64,000 bases of DNA from NCBI GenBank assembly GCA_963702475.1, contig CAVPCT010000003.1, positions 256,001 through 320,000 on the forward strand, given 5' to 3'. Both the position numbers and the translations under genes were made by a program. This DNA comes from an uncultured Thermoleophilia bacterium (lineage in GTDB: Bacteria; Actinomycetota; Thermoleophilia; UBA2241). Below are positions 27,903 through 38,332 of this stretch, piece after piece (position 1 is the first letter of the stretch; each line of letters starts with the position of its first letter). Below the pieces are notes generated by a model. It was not told where the DNA came from and did no database searches. It saw nothing but the letters and a program-made list of their open reading frames with translations.

Positions 27903-29440
27903 TGCAGGAAGTGCCGGCGCCCCGTGAACACCATGGCGGCGCCGTGCGCGTCGCAGGCAGCAACGGCAGGCTCGTCGCCCTTGCTGCCGCCAGGCTGCAT
28001 GAACGCGGTCACGCCGTGCTCGATGGCCAGCTCCACCGCGTCAGGGAACGGGAAGAACGCGTCCGAACCGATGACTGTGCCCTTCAGATCGATCTGCGCC
28101 TTCTCGATGGCGATGCGTGTGGAGTCGACGCGGCTCATCTGCCCGGCCCCGACGCCCACGGTGGCCAGGTTCTTCGCGATCACGATAGCGTTGCTCTTGA
28201 CGTGCTTGGCGACCCGGAAAGCGAAGATGAGGTCGCCCCACTCCTGCTCGTCGGGGTGACGCTCGGTGGCGACCTCCATCTGGTCGCGCTCCTCCTGGTC
28301 GCTGTCCTTGTCCTGCACCAGGATGCCGCCGATGACGCGCTTGTAGTCGAGCTCGCCGGGGTTGGCCTGGCGACGCTCCTCGGTCTGGAGCAGGCGGATA
28401 TCGGGCTTGCGCTTGAGGATCTCGAGCGCCTCCTCCTCGTAGCCGGGTGCGAAGAGCACTTCGACGAAGAGGTCGGCGAGGCGCTCGGCAAGGGGGACGT
28501 CCACCGTGCGGTTGACCGCGATGACCGATCCGAAGGCGCTCACGGGGTCGCAGGCGAACGCCTTGTCGTAGGCCGCGGCCAGGTTCTCGGCCAGGGCGCA
28601 GCCGCAGGGGTTGTTGTGCTTGATGATGGTGACGCACGGTAGCGAGAACTCTTCACAGATGTTGCGCGCCGCGTTGAGGTCGTACAGGTTGTTGAAGCCG
28701 AGCTGCTTGCCGTGCAGCTGTTCGACCTGGCTCAGCAGATGCTGGCGCATGCCGACCTCGGCGTAGTACGCCGCGCGCTGGTGGGGGTTCTCGCCGTACT
28801 TGAGCTCGAGGACCTTCTCGTAGTCGCGCATCACGTACTCGGGAAAGTCGCCGCCGGCCTCGCTGAACCAGTTGGCGATGACGAAGTCGTAGTGGGCGGT
28901 GCGGTGGAAGGCCTTGGTGGCGAGGTCGCGCAGCGTCTCGTAGCTGAGCTCGCCGCCGTTGGCGGCCATCTCCTCGAGCACCCTGTCGTAGTCCTTGTGG
29001 CTCGTGACGACGGCGACGCCGGCGTGGTTCTTGGCCGCGGCGCGGATCATGCTCGGCCCGCCGATATCGATGTTCTCGATGACGACCTCGTCCTCCACGC
29101 CGCGCCGGTTGGCGACCTCCTCGAAGGGATAGAGACTGCAGACGACCATGTCGATGGGCTCGATGCCGTGGGCCTTGATGGTCTCCATGTGCTCGGGCAC
29201 GTCGCGCCGCGCCAGGATGCCGGCCATGAGCTTGGGGTGCATTGTCTTGACGCGGCCGTCGAGCATCTCGGGAAAGCCCGTGACCTCTTCGACGAGCGTC
29301 ACGGGGATGCCGGAGTCCTTGAGCAGCCGGGCCGTGCCGCCGGTGGAGATGAGCTGCACGCCCATGTCGCTGAGCCCTTTGGCGAACGACTCCAGGCCGC
29401 TCTTGTTGAACACGCTGATGAGGGCTCGCTGGACTTTCAC
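27899..29440 (-). CDS. purH: Bifunctional AICAR transformylase / IMP cyclohydrolase
   Basis: RALISV, STGGT, GRVKTMHP, IDIGGPSMIRAAAKN, YGENPHQ, KHNNPCG, SDAFFPF, FTGRRHFLH. Confidence 0.98.
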   Translation of the reverse strand: MKVQRALISVFNKSGLESFAKGLSDMGVQLISTGGTARLLKDSGIPVTLVEEVTGFPEMLDGRVKTMHPKLMAGILARRDVPEHMETIKAHGIEPIDMVVCSLYPFEEVANRRGVEDEVVIENIDIGGPSMIRAAAKNHAGVAVVTSHKDYDRVLEEMAANGGELSYETLRDLATKAFHRTAHYDFVIANWFSEAGGDFPEYVMRDYEKVLELKYGENPHQRAAYYAEVGMRQHLLSQVEQLHGKQLGFNNLYDLNAARNICEEFSLPCVTIIKHNNPCGCALAENLAAAYDKAFACDPVSAFGSVIAVNRTVDVPLAERLADLFVEVLFAPGYEEEALEILKRKPDIRLLQTEERRQANPGELDYKRVIGGILVQDKDSDQEERDQMEVATERHPDEQEWGDLIFAFRVAKHVKSNAIVIAKNLATVGVGAGQMSRVDSTRIAIEKAQIDLKGTVIGSDAFFPFPDAVELAIEHGVTAFMQPGGSKGDEPAVAACDAHGAAMVFTGRRHFLH

Positions 29441-29507
29441 TGACCCACGCTCCTTGCGACGGACGATGTTCGACAGCGGCCCGCACGCCGCGGGCCGCCG
29501 CCGAAGC

Positions 29508-29903
29508 CTACCGGAAAGGCCGGAGGCGGTGAAGGGGTGGGGCCGGAGGTTGAGCGGGGGTGCGCAGATGCCGAAGGTGAGCCTCGATCTTGAGGCGGTT
29601 GCGCACGATGCCGGCGTCGCCCATCAGCCGCGCGAAGTCCGCTTCGCCGAACGCGACCACGGCCGGGATGCTGAAGCCGGCGAAAGCCTCACGGAACGCC
29701 GGCCGCTTGCGCAGGATCGTGAGCGACGAGAGGCCGGACTGGAAGGCCTCGAGCGTGAGGCGCTCGAAGAGCAGGTCGTCCTCCAGCACCGGTCGGTCCC
29801 ACTCGTCGTCGTGGTAGGCGAGGTACTCGGGTGCTCCACCCACGGCCCAGAAGCAGCGCGGCCGGCCGTCCGGGCCGGCCGCGAGGGCATCCCTCTCGGT
29901 CAC
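29508..29903 (-). pseudogene. tag: DNA-3-methyladenine glycosylase I, 3'-truncated
   Basis: RCFW...YHDDEW...LFERLTLEAFQSGLS..TILRKR...IVRNRLKIEA, then unrelated sequence; C-terminal FVG/HxxxC part missing. Confidence 0.75.
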
Positions 29904-29907
29904 GCGG

Positions 29908-30219
29908 TCAGGAGAGCTTCTCTCTGGCCTTGGCGATGAGCTCGTTGGCCTCTTTCTGAGCTCGCTCCAGCAGGTCGGCCGCCTCCTTCTTGGCCCTCTC
30001 CAGCAGGTCGGCCGCCTCGGCCTTGGCCTTCTCGATGATCTCGGCCGCCTCGGCCTTGGCCTTGTCGGTGGTGGGCTTGGCCTTCTCGCTCAGGTCGGCG
30101 GCCGTGGCCTTGGCCTTCTCGCCGAGGTCGGCAGCGGTCGCCTTTGCTTTCTCGATGGCCGGTCCCGACTTCTCCTTGGCGTCCGCTGCGGCCTGCTTGG
30201 CCTTGTCGGTGATGCCCAT
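29908..30219 (-). CDS. Ala/Lys/Glu-rich 11-residue-repeat helical protein (LEA-like)
   Basis: KAKATAADLGE, KAKATAADLSE, KAKAEAAEIIE, KAKAEAADLLE, RAKKEAADLLE; RBS GGAGG. Confidence 0.75.
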   Translation of the reverse strand: MGITDKAKQAAADAKEKSGPAIEKAKATAADLGEKAKATAADLSEKAKPTTDKAKAEAAEIIEKAKAEAADLLERAKKEAADLLERAQKEANELIAKAREKLS

Positions 30220-30329
30220 GCGGTCCTCCCGTTCGTTCGGAGTACGGTGCTCTGGTTCTCACTGTACCCTGCTGCGGGCCTCGCCAAGTGGGGACGAGGG
30301 CCGGACGGCGGTCGCGGGGCCGCTGGCCG

Positions 30330-31097
30330 TCACTTCGCGAAGTAGACGACGGCGATGACGACGCCGAGGACGACGACCACGGTGCGGAGCCTTGTGGCCG
30401 GCACCCTGCCGGCGAACCGCCCGCCGAGTGAGCCGCCGGTGAGGGCGCCGACCGCCATGACGGCCGCTGCGCTCCAGACCACGCCGCCGGCCGAGGCGAA
30501 GAGCACGGCCGCGGCGGCATTGGCGAAGAACGAGATCGCCTGCTTGAGCGCGTTGACCCGGTTCAGGGAGTCGGGCAGCACGAGCGAGAACAGCGACAGC
30601 AAGATGATGCCGAGACCGGCGCCGAAGTAGCCTCCGTACACGGCGCCGGCGAACGCGGCGGCGACGCCGGCGGCGCCCGTGCGCCCGGCGGCGTCGTGCT
30701 CGCGCAGCCGCACGACGGCGGTCTTCTTGAGCCACGGCTCGGCTGCCAGCATCGCCGTGGCCAGCAGGATCAGCCACGGCACGAGCCGGCCGAAGAGCTT
30801 CTCGCCGGTGAGCAGCAGCAGCGTGCCGCCGAGCAGGCCGCCGGCCACGGCCGGCACGAGCATCACCCACACGCGGCGCCGCTGGCCGCTGAGGTCGTGG
30901 CGCTGCCCGATCGTGCCGCCGAGGTAGCCGGGCACGAGCGCTACGGTGTTGGTGGTGTTGGCGTTCAGCGGCGGCACCCCGACGGCGATGAGGGCGGGAA
31001 AGGTGATCAGCGTCCCGCCCCCTGCCAGCGCGTTCACCGCGCCGCCGCCGAGCGCGGCCAGGCCGAGAAGCGCCAGGTCCAGGGCGGTGAGGGTCAC
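30330..31097 (-). CDS. TSUP (TauE/SafE) family transporter
   Basis: NALAGGGTLITFPAL, ANTTNT, VYGGYFGAGLG, VNALK. Confidence 0.9.
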   Translation of the reverse strand: MTLTALDLALLGLAALGGGAVNALAGGGTLITFPALIAVGVPPLNANTTNTVALVPGYLGGTIGQRHDLSGQRRRVWVMLVPAVAGGLLGGTLLLLTGEKLFGRLVPWLILLATAMLAAEPWLKKTAVVRLREHDAAGRTGAAGVAAAFAGAVYGGYFGAGLGIILLSLFSLVLPDSLNRVNALKQAISFFANAAAAVLFASAGGVVWSAAAVMAVGALTGGSLGGRFAGRVPATRLRTVVVVLGVVIAVVYFAK

Positions 31098-31165
31098 TGG
31101 CCGGGGTTCATCCTGCCCGCGTCCTGTTGGGCCGCGACCTGCTCGCGCATCGACCTCCCGCGCGC

Positions 31166-31381
31166 CTACTTCTTGAGCGCGTCACTGGCCTTCTGCGCCA
31201 GGTCCGACGCTTCCTGCTTGGCCTGGTCGAGGTGCGGCTTCGCCTTCTCGCCGTACTCGGCCGCCTTCTCCTTCGCCTTCTCGACGGTGGGCGCGGCCTT
31301 CTCCTGCAGGTCCTCCGCGGCGGCCTTCGCTTTGGCCGCGGCCTCTTCAGCCATCTGCTTCGCCTTGTCGAAGAATCCCAT
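31166..31381 (-). CDS. Small Ala/Lys-rich helical repeat protein similar to 29908-30219
   Basis: MGFFDKAKQMAEEAAAKAK..., versus MGITDKAKQAAADAK; RBS GGAGGG. Confidence 0.75.
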   Translation of the reverse strand: MGFFDKAKQMAEEAAAKAKAAAEDLQEKAAPTVEKAKEKAAEYGEKAKPHLDQAKQEASDLAQKASDALKK

Positions 31382-31458
31382 GCTCCCTCCCAGCTGTCGG
31401 CTCGACGCCTCTGAGCCCTTGTACCCTGCGCCGCCGGCTTCCCATCTCCTGCCCGTGC

Positions 31459-31487
31459 TTGACTGTTATATATCCAAAGGATATAGT
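31459..31487 (+). promoter_or_regulatory. Sigma70-type promoter with overlapping palindromic operator (PadR)
   Basis: TTGACT-N17-TATAGT; TATATCC-AAA-GGATATA at 31469-31485. Confidence 0.75.
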
Positions 31488-31522
31488 ACGTTCCGTCATA
31501 TCTGACTGCGACGGAGGACCCG

Positions 31523-32132
31523 ATGCCCCGGGAGAACAAGACGAAGTACGCGGTGTTGGGGATGCTCGGCTACGGCCCGCTGTCCGGCTACGACATCCGG
31601 CAGATCTACGAGCGGAGCCTCGGCCACTTCTGGAGCGAGAGCTACGGGCACATCTACCCGATCCTCAAGCGCCTGGTGGAGCGAGGGTCTCGCCACGCGC
31701 GCCGTCGAGAGCAACCCGGGCCGTCCCGACCGGCACGTGTACACCATCACCGACGCCGGCCGCGAGGAGATGCGCCGCTGGCTCGCTCAGAGCCTGGAGC
31801 CGCAGAAGGAGCGCGTGGAGGTCCTGCTCAAGCTCTTTCACGGGTGGGAGGGCGGGCCCGAGGTCATGCTCGAGCACGTGCGCGCCTTTCGCGCCGAGAA
31901 CGAGGAGCTACTGCAGCGGTACGCCCACTACGACGAGCACCTGCGCGCCGACCACAGCCCGCCGGCGCCGTACTGGCGCACTACCGTGAGCTGCGGGCAG
32001 CACATCAGCGCGGCCTATATCGCCTGGTGTGACGAGACCATCGCGACGCTGGAGCGCCTGCCGGCGGGGCCGCGGGCGGGTGCTGAGACCTGGACTCCGA
32101 CAGATCGTCAGGACCCGGGGGCGAGCGAATGA
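31523..32132 (+). CDS. PadR family regulator, frameshift near 31690
   Basis: YAVLGML..PLSGYDI...HFWSESYGHIYPIL, then VYTITDAGREEMRRWL...LLKLF. Confidence 0.88.
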
Positions 32133-32770
32133 CCACTGACACCACCCGCAAGGCCCTGATCCTGGACGGGCGCCGCGACGACGAGCCGACCCTGGCGCTG
32201 GCGCACGATGCGCTGGTCGACGGCCTGGTCGCAGGCGGCTGGGCCGTCGACGACTGGACCCTGCGCGACGACAGGATCGCCTGGTGCGCGGGGTGCTTCA
32301 GGTGCTGGACGCAGACGCCGGGCGTGTGTGCGCATCACGACCACGGTCGCACGGTGGCCGAGCGCTGGACGCACAGCGATCTCGTCGTCTTCCTCACGCC
32401 GGTGACGTTCGGCGGCTACTCGTCCGACCTCAAGAAGGCGCTCGACCACGTGATCCCGATCGTGCAGCCGTTCATGCAGAAGCGGCATGGGGAGACGCGC
32501 CACCCGCAGCGCTACGCGCGCCGGCGCGACCTGCTCGCGTTCGGCACCGTCCCCGGGGGTGAGGCCGGCGGTGCCGAAGCGCAGACGTTCCGCCGGCTGG
32601 TCGAGCGCAACACCCTGAACATGCAGCCGTCGCGCTGGAGGGCGGGTGTGCTTGAGGAGGGCGCCGGCGAGTGGGAGGTCCGCGTGGCGGTCACCGCCAT
32701 GCTCGCCGCCGTGGGCGTGGATGGGGAGCGCGCCGCACAGGGCGCCGGCCGGGAGAAGGTGGTCGTATGA
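32129..32770 (+). CDS. Iron-sulfur flavoprotein / flavodoxin family protein
   Basis: CAGCFRCWTQTPGVC, TPVTFGGYSSDLKKALD. Confidence 0.85.
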   Translation: MTTDTTRKALILDGRRDDEPTLALAHDALVDGLVAGGWAVDDWTLRDDRIAWCAGCFRCWTQTPGVCAHHDHGRTVAERWTHSDLVVFLTPVTFGGYSSDLKKALDHVIPIVQPFMQKRHGETRHPQRYARRRDLLAFGTVPGGEAGGAEAQTFRRLVERNTLNMQPSRWRAGVLEEGAGEWEVRVAVTAMLAAVGVDGERAAQGAGREKVVV

Positions 32771-33460
32771 AGCCTCCGAAGCAGGCGCTGCTGCTGGTCG
32801 GCAGCCCCAAGCCGGGCGAGAGCACCTCGGAGTCGCTCGGCGCCTACCTGTTCGACGATCTCGAGAAGCGTGGCGTCAAGACGCAGACCCTGCACGTCAC
32901 CAAGGCGGTGCGCAGCGACGAGTCGATCGCGGGAGTTGCACACGGCCGTCGCCGCGGCCGACCTGGTCGTCCTCTCGTTCCCGCTGTACGTGGACAGCCT
33001 TCCTGCGCCGGCGATCCGCGCGCTCGAGCTCATCGCTTCGGAGCGCGCCGGCGAGGCGGTCGCGCGCGAGGCGGGCCCGGACGGCAAGGCGTTCGTCACC
33101 ATCTGCCAGTCGGGCTTCCCGGAGGTAGAGCATAACGAGGTCGCCGTCGAGATCTGCCGGCACTTCGCGCAGGACGCCGGGTTCGAGTGGGCCGGCGGCC
33201 TCATCCTGCCCGCGGGCGGCATGCTCAACGGCCAGCCGCTGGCCAAGATGAAGGGCATGATGCGTACCGCGGTCAAGGCGCTCGACCGCAGCGCCGAGGC
33301 GCTGGCGGCCGGGCAACCGGTGCCCGACGAGGCGGTCCGGCTCATGGCCAAGCTGCCGATCCCCGCGTTCGGCTACCGCTTCATGGCCAACTGGGGCTGG
33401 CGCTCGCAGTTCAGGAAGCGGGGAGAGGGCGAGTCGCTGAAGGCGGCGCCGTTCGCCTAG
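32767..33460 (+). CDS. Flavodoxin-like protein, frameshift near 32930
   Basis: LLVGSPK...STS, DLVVLSFPLYVDSLPA, QSGFPE, WAGGL. Confidence 0.8.
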
Positions 33461-34990
33461 GACGCCGGCGCGGCCTGCGGCGCGGCACGGGCGGCGGGGT
33501 CCTCCCGCCGCTCGTGCCGCCCTTTCGTGTGCCCGCCGCCGAGCAGCGCCTCCAGGAGCGGCAGGAAGTGGTGCACCTTGCCACTGCGGATGGCCCGGTC
33601 CCAGACCGGCTCCAGCTTCTTCCATCCGGCCGTGTACGCGAGGTGGCGGGCGTGCTCGCGGAGGTCGCCGTGAGAGAAGGCGGCCGCGGCGATGTTGCTC
33701 CAGCCGTAGAACTCGTCGTACGCCCGGCGGTGCCCGGCCTCGAGCTCGGCGGCAGTCATCCGCGCGGGGCGGAACACGGCGTGGCGGGTGTCGTAACGGT
33801 CCCAGTCCCGGGTGGTGACGCGTCCCTCGGCGGTGAGACGCCGCTCCAGCGTCGTCCCCGGGTACGGGGTGAGGATGTGGAACGTGGCGGTCTGGAGGCC
33901 GCGCGTGACCGCCCACTCCACGGTGCGTGGGAACACCGATGCGTCGTCGGCGTCCATGCCGAACACGAAGGCCCCGTTGACCATCACGCCGAGGTCGTGC
34001 AGGCGGCGCACGGCGGCGTCGTACTGCGGGGCGCCGTAGATGCTGGCGCCGGCGAAGCCGTCGCCGGCCAGGCTGTCACGCCGGTCGGCGCCGGCCAGGT
34101 TCTGCGTCTTGCCGGCGCTCCTCAGGTTCGCCTCGCTCAGCGTCTCGAAGCCGATGAACAGGCTGCGCAAGCCGCTCTCGACCGCCTTCTCCAGCAGGCC
34201 GGGCCGGAGCACGGCCTCCACCGTGCCGGCCGCTTGCCAGACGCGTCCCATGCCGCGCATGCCGGCGAACAGACGCCTCTGCGAAGGGCGGGCTCCCGAA
34301 GAGGTTGTCGTCGAGGAAGTAGAGGTGACGTCCGGGCAGGCGGTCGATCTCGGCCAGGGCTTCGTCGACCGCCTGCACATAGAAGGACCTGCCGCCGCGG
34401 AAGAACGCCTCCTTGTAGCAGAAATCGCACAGGTGCGGGCAGCCGCGGCTGACGACGAGCGAGTTGGGGACCAGGTAGTTGCGGCGCTTGATGAGGTCGC
34501 GGCGCGCTGGGGGCAGGCCGGCCAGGGTCCGCCGCGTGGAGACGTAGCGCGGCTTGGGCCGGCCGGCCCGGAAGTCGGCGAGAAAGACCGGCCAGGTGTC
34601 GTCGCCGGGGCCGCAGAACACGCTGTCGGCGTGCTGCGCGGCCTCGTCCGGCAGGCTCGTCGGGTGCAGGCCCCCGAGGCAGACGTAGGCTCCTTTGGCG
34701 CGGTAGTGGTCGGCGTAGCGGTAGGCGCGCCCGGCCGAGGTGATGTATGCCTCGATGACGACGAGGTCCGGCTCGTCGTCCAGACGCAGGGTCTCCACGT
34801 GCTCGTCCTGAAGCTCGATGTCGTCGCCGGGATCGAGGTGGCCCGCCAGGGTGGCCAGGCCGAGCGGGGGGAAGAGCGAGTACTTGATCGAGCGTCGGTG
34901 CTGCCCGTCGACGGCCGTCTTGGCCGGGCTGATGAGCTTGACGCGGAGCGGCCGGCCGGCCGCTCCGTCGGGCCCACGTGCGCCGCTCAC
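33457..34990 (-). CDS. B12-binding domain radical SAM protein, frameshift near 34277
   Basis: FPPLGLATLA, LGGLHPT, SRGCPHLCDFC, FLDDN, LFIGFET, FVFGMD, ILTPYPGT. Confidence 0.9.
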
Positions 34991-35685
34991 CCGACGAGCC
35001 CCGGCTGGGACGCGAAGTGGGCCACCAGCACGTCCAGGCCGGTCTCGAACTCGCCCGGCCTGTCCCACACCGCCAGGCGCATGCCGACCGTCATCATGCT
35101 CGGGTACTCGGCCCAATGGCCCGCCAGCTGGGCGACGATGTCGGAGGTCTGGACCTCGTCGCCCAGCATGCGGGCGTAGCCGAGCCCGAGCGTGTACGCG
35201 CCGAGCACGTGGTACACGGTGGCTGCCCTGTCGGGCGTGAAGCCGGCAACCAGCAGCGTGCTCATGAGCTGCTCCATCCAGCGCCGGCCGCTGGGCGTGC
35301 GCAGGACGGCGGCGGAGATGAGCGGCAGCGCCCGCGGGTGCGCCTCCGCCAGCGCGTGCAGGCCCATGAACAGCTGCCGCACCCGTCGCTGCCAGTTCGG
35401 GTGCGGCGGCGACACTCCGAGCGCCGCCGCGGCGATCGACTCGCCGACCTCGTCGAGGATCTCCGTCTTGCTCGCGAAGTGATGGTAGAGGCTCATCGGT
35501 TTGACGCCGGCGGTCGCCGCGAGCCGGCGCATGTTGAGCGCCTCCAGCCCGTCCTCGTCGATGATCTCGAGGGCGAGTGCGACGATGCGGTCTCTGGTCA
35601 GCGGCACGCGGCGGGGATGCTGTGACGGTCGGGACGCGGCGCCCGTCTCGGCCGCCGCCGCGGCTTCGGTCTCAGTCATGACCAT
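34987..35685 (-). CDS. TetR family regulator with TetR_C domain
   Basis: LTRDRIV..ALEIIDEDGLEALNMRRLA..GVKPMSLYHHF. Confidence 0.92.
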   Translation of the reverse strand: MVMTETEAAAAAETGAASRPSQHPRRVPLTRDRIVALALEIIDEDGLEALNMRRLAATAGVKPMSLYHHFASKTEILDEVGESIAAAALGVSPPHPNWQRRVRQLFMGLHALAEAHPRALPLISAAVLRTPSGRRWMEQLMSTLLVAGFTPDRAATVYHVLGAYTLGLGYARMLGDEVQTSDIVAQLAGHWAEYPSMMTVGMRLAVWDRPGEFETGLDVLVAHFASQPGLVG

Positions 35686-35722
35686 CCCTGCCTCCCCTCA
35701 CGGTCGGGCCTCGAGCGTCGGT

Positions 35723-35776
35723 CCGTACAAAGTACGGTAACGGGGCGGGCGTGGACAGGCAACGTACGCGCGTACG
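35723..35776. promoter_or_regulatory. Two palindromes upstream of tetR, candidate operators
   Basis: CCGTAC-AAA-GTACGG (35723-35737) and CGTACG-CG-CGTACG (35763-35776). Confidence 0.5.
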
Positions 35777-35821
35777 GTTTGACGCGGTGCGCCCCGGGAA
35801 GTGGTGCCGCTCGGCGGGACG

Positions 35822-36043
35822 TCAGAGCGCGTCGAACTCGGCAGGCGTGAGTCCCGCGCGTCGCAGGATGCTTCGGAGGGTGCCGACGGCCACTTCCGGG
35901 TGGCTGGGGACGATCACGACGTACTCTCCCTCGGGCGTCGTGCGGCGGAACTACACGTGACTGCCCCGGGTGTCGCCTTCGACGAATCCCGCGGCCAGCA
36001 GCCGTCGCCGTACTTCGCGGTACGGCAGACGTCTAGGCGGCAT
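35822..36043 (-). CDS. hicA: HicA family toxin with in-frame TAG at codon 31 (pseudogene or amber read-through)
   Basis: MPPRRLPYREVRRRLLAAGFVEGDTRGSHV*FRRTTPEGEYVVIVPSHPEVAVGTLRSILRRAGLTPAEFDAL; TAG at 35951-35953; absent from the ORF track. Confidence 0.85.
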
Positions 36044-36236
36044 CTATCTGCGCTGTGACCTTGCGTATCCGGGGCGCTGCCGTGGCAGGGCCCTCGAAGT
36101 AGAGCTCCAGTGCCTCCCGGAGGTTCTCCAGCGCCTCTTCTTCTGTTGCGCCCTGGCTGGCTAGGTCCACGTCCAGGCACTGGGCTACAAAGAGATCGTC
36201 CTCGTTCGTCACGACTGCACTGAACTCGCGGGCCAC
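36033..36236 (-). CDS. hicB: Short HicB family antitoxin
   Basis: FVAQCLDVDLASQGATEEEALENLREALELY; RBS GGAGG; overlaps the hicA start. Confidence 0.88.
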   Translation of the reverse strand: MAREFSAVVTNEDDLFVAQCLDVDLASQGATEEEALENLREALELYFEGPATAAPRIRKVTAQIDAA

Positions 36237-36346
36237 CGTCAGCCTCCATCGTCGACAGATCGATAGTAGGCGAGGCTTTCGGTCGGCACAAGGTGGACAT
36301 ACGCGGGAGCCGGCATCGACCCGCGCAGCGGACACCGCTGCACTCG

Positions 36347-37171
36347 TCAGCGCCGCCAGCCGGGCGCCGCGCGGCCGGCCCAGCGGCCGTCGCAGCCGCG
36401 ACGCACGGTGACTGCGGCGCCGAAGCAGGCTGAGAGCGGTTCGTCGGCAAGCACCTCGGCGGCTGGCCCGGCGGCCACGACTCGGCCGTCGCGCAGCAGC
36501 AGGGCGTGCGTGCTGGAGGCCGGCAGCTCCTCGAGATGGTGGGTGACGGTGACGACGGCCGGGGCGGGGTGCTCGCCGGCGAGCGCAGCGAGCGCCGCGA
36601 GCAAGGCTTCCCGGCCGGGCAGGTCCAGGCCATCGGCCGGCTCGTCCAGCAGCAGGAGCGGTGGTCGGTGCATCAGGGCACGGGCGAGCAGCACACGTCG
36701 TCGCTCGCCCTGCGAACAGGTGACGAAGGCGTGCTGCGCGACGGCGCCGCAGCCGAAGCTCTCCAGCAGCTCGGCGGCGCGCTCGCGGTCGCCGGGCTCG
36801 ATGCGCTCGGGCAGGAGCTGTATGGTCCCGGTGATGCCGGTGAGCGTGACCTCGAGCGCCGTGCGCCGCGGCGAGAAGGCGTCCTCAGTCCTCACGTCCA
36901 CGTGCCCGATGCGCTCGCGCAGGGCGCGCAGGTCGACCCGGCCTACGGTCTCGCCGAGGATGCGCACGGCGCCGCGGCTGGGGTGCCGGACGCCGGCGGC
37001 GACGTCGAGCAGCGTGGACTTGCCGGCGCCGTTAGGCCCGAGCACCGCCCATTGCTCGCCGTCGTCTACCGACCAGTTGACGTCGGTGAGGATGGGCTGT
37101 CGCGCCCGCAGGCGGGCGTCCCACTCCCAGACGGTGACGTTCTCAAGTGCGAGGGCGGTGCTCACGGTCAC
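36347..37171 (-). CDS. ABC transporter ATP-binding protein (ModF-like)
   Basis: GPNGAGKST, SQGERRR, LLLLDEP, VTHH. Confidence 0.92.
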   Translation of the reverse strand: MTVSTALALENVTVWEWDARLRARQPILTDVNWSVDDGEQWAVLGPNGAGKSTLLDVAAGVRHPSRGAVRILGETVGRVDLRALRERIGHVDVRTEDAFSPRRTALEVTLTGITGTIQLLPERIEPGDRERAAELLESFGCGAVAQHAFVTCSQGERRRVLLARALMHRPPLLLLDEPADGLDLPGREALLAALAALAGEHPAPAVVTVTHHLEELPASSTHALLLRDGRVVAAGPAAEVLADEPLSACFGAAVTVRRGCDGRWAGRAAPGWRR

Positions 37172-37216
37172 CTCGGCGGTTGACGAGGGGTGGGCCGGCT
37201 CCGCGCGCAGCTCGCG

Positions 37217-38332
37217 TCAGCCGAGCCGTGCGACGCGTTCGCCGCGCACGCTCAGACGCGCCGCGGCGGAGGCCTCGGCGAGCGCCTCCGGTTCTTCGGA
37301 CGTGAGGCCCACGCGGGCGCGCGCGTGCCCCGTCGGTCGCGCGCCCTCTCTGGGCTTGGGCCAGCCGCGCACGGCTTCTTCGACCGCCGCGCGGCCGCCC
37401 GCGGCGAACGCCGCCCCCAGCCGGGCGCACACGTCGGCGTCGGGGCTCGCGGCGGCGAACTCGGCGGCCGCGAGCGCGTAGCCGTTGCCGTTGAAGCACA
37501 GCGAGACGCCGCCCCAGCCCCGCACCGCGTCGAGGGGCGGCGCGTCGGTGATGGAATCGCCGACGTACATCACGCCGTCGCCCTCCACGGCCTCGGCGGC
37601 GACGATCTCCTCGAGCGCGGCGAGCTTCATGCCGCCGCCCACGGGGCGCACGGCGGCCACCAGCTCGCCGCTCACCCGGCCCTGCATGTCGCGCCAGAAG
37701 AGCTCGTCCAGCTGCGCGACCGTCACGGCGTCCACCGCGGACAGATCGTCCGCCGACGCCGCGCCTTCGGGGATCTCGATGACGTCCCGGCTCATCACGC
37801 GCCCCGCCTGCTCGCGCAGCCACGCCTTCTCGTCCTGCGGCACGTCCCACGCGTCCAGGCTCAGCTCCGTGCAGCGGACGTGGTCCATCGCGAACCCGCT
37901 CAGCGCGCACAGGGCCTTGAGGTACGGCGTGTACGACGTCGAGATGATGTACGCGGGCATGAGGTTCCCGATCTGGCCCAGCGCCTTGAGCGCCTCGGGC
38001 ACCAGCAGGACTCCCTCCGCGCTGAACAGCTCCACATCCTCGTCGGTGACCTCGAACGCCTTGAGGAACGGAGGCAGCAGCCGCAGCGTGTCGCCGGCGT
38101 TGTAGCCCGGCTTGTGGAGCACATCGGCGAGGAAGTCGTCGTACCGGCTCAGGCGCGCGAAGATCTCCGCCCCGTCCGGGATGAAGCGCTCGGCGATCTC
38201 CTGGGCGTTGTCGTTGCGGGTGAGCGGGCCTTCGCAGTCGGTGACGTAGACGCGCCGGGACGCGCCGGCTTCGTCGGCCGGGCTGCCGGCGCCGGCCTCG
38301 CTCCCAGCGCCGGTCGCGCCTTCGGCGCTCAC
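37217..38332 (-). CDS. HAD-like protein of the EhaR/COG4030 type
   Basis: VTDCEGPLTRNDNAQE, YNAGDTL, YIISTSY, YVGDSITD, FNGNGYAL. Confidence 0.75.
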   Translation of the reverse strand: MSAEGATGAGSEAGAGSPADEAGASRRVYVTDCEGPLTRNDNAQEIAERFIPDGAEIFARLSRYDDFLADVLHKPGYNAGDTLRLLPPFLKAFEVTDEDVELFSAEGVLLVPEALKALGQIGNLMPAYIISTSYTPYLKALCALSGFAMDHVRCTELSLDAWDVPQDEKAWLREQAGRVMSRDVIEIPEGAASADDLSAVDAVTVAQLDELFWRDMQGRVSGELVAAVRPVGGGMKLAALEEIVAAEAVEGDGVMYVGDSITDAPPLDAVRGWGGVSLCFNGNGYALAAAEFAAASPDADVCARLGAAFAAGGRAAVEEAVRGWPKPREGARPTGHARARVGLTSEEPEALAEASAAARLSVRGERVARLG

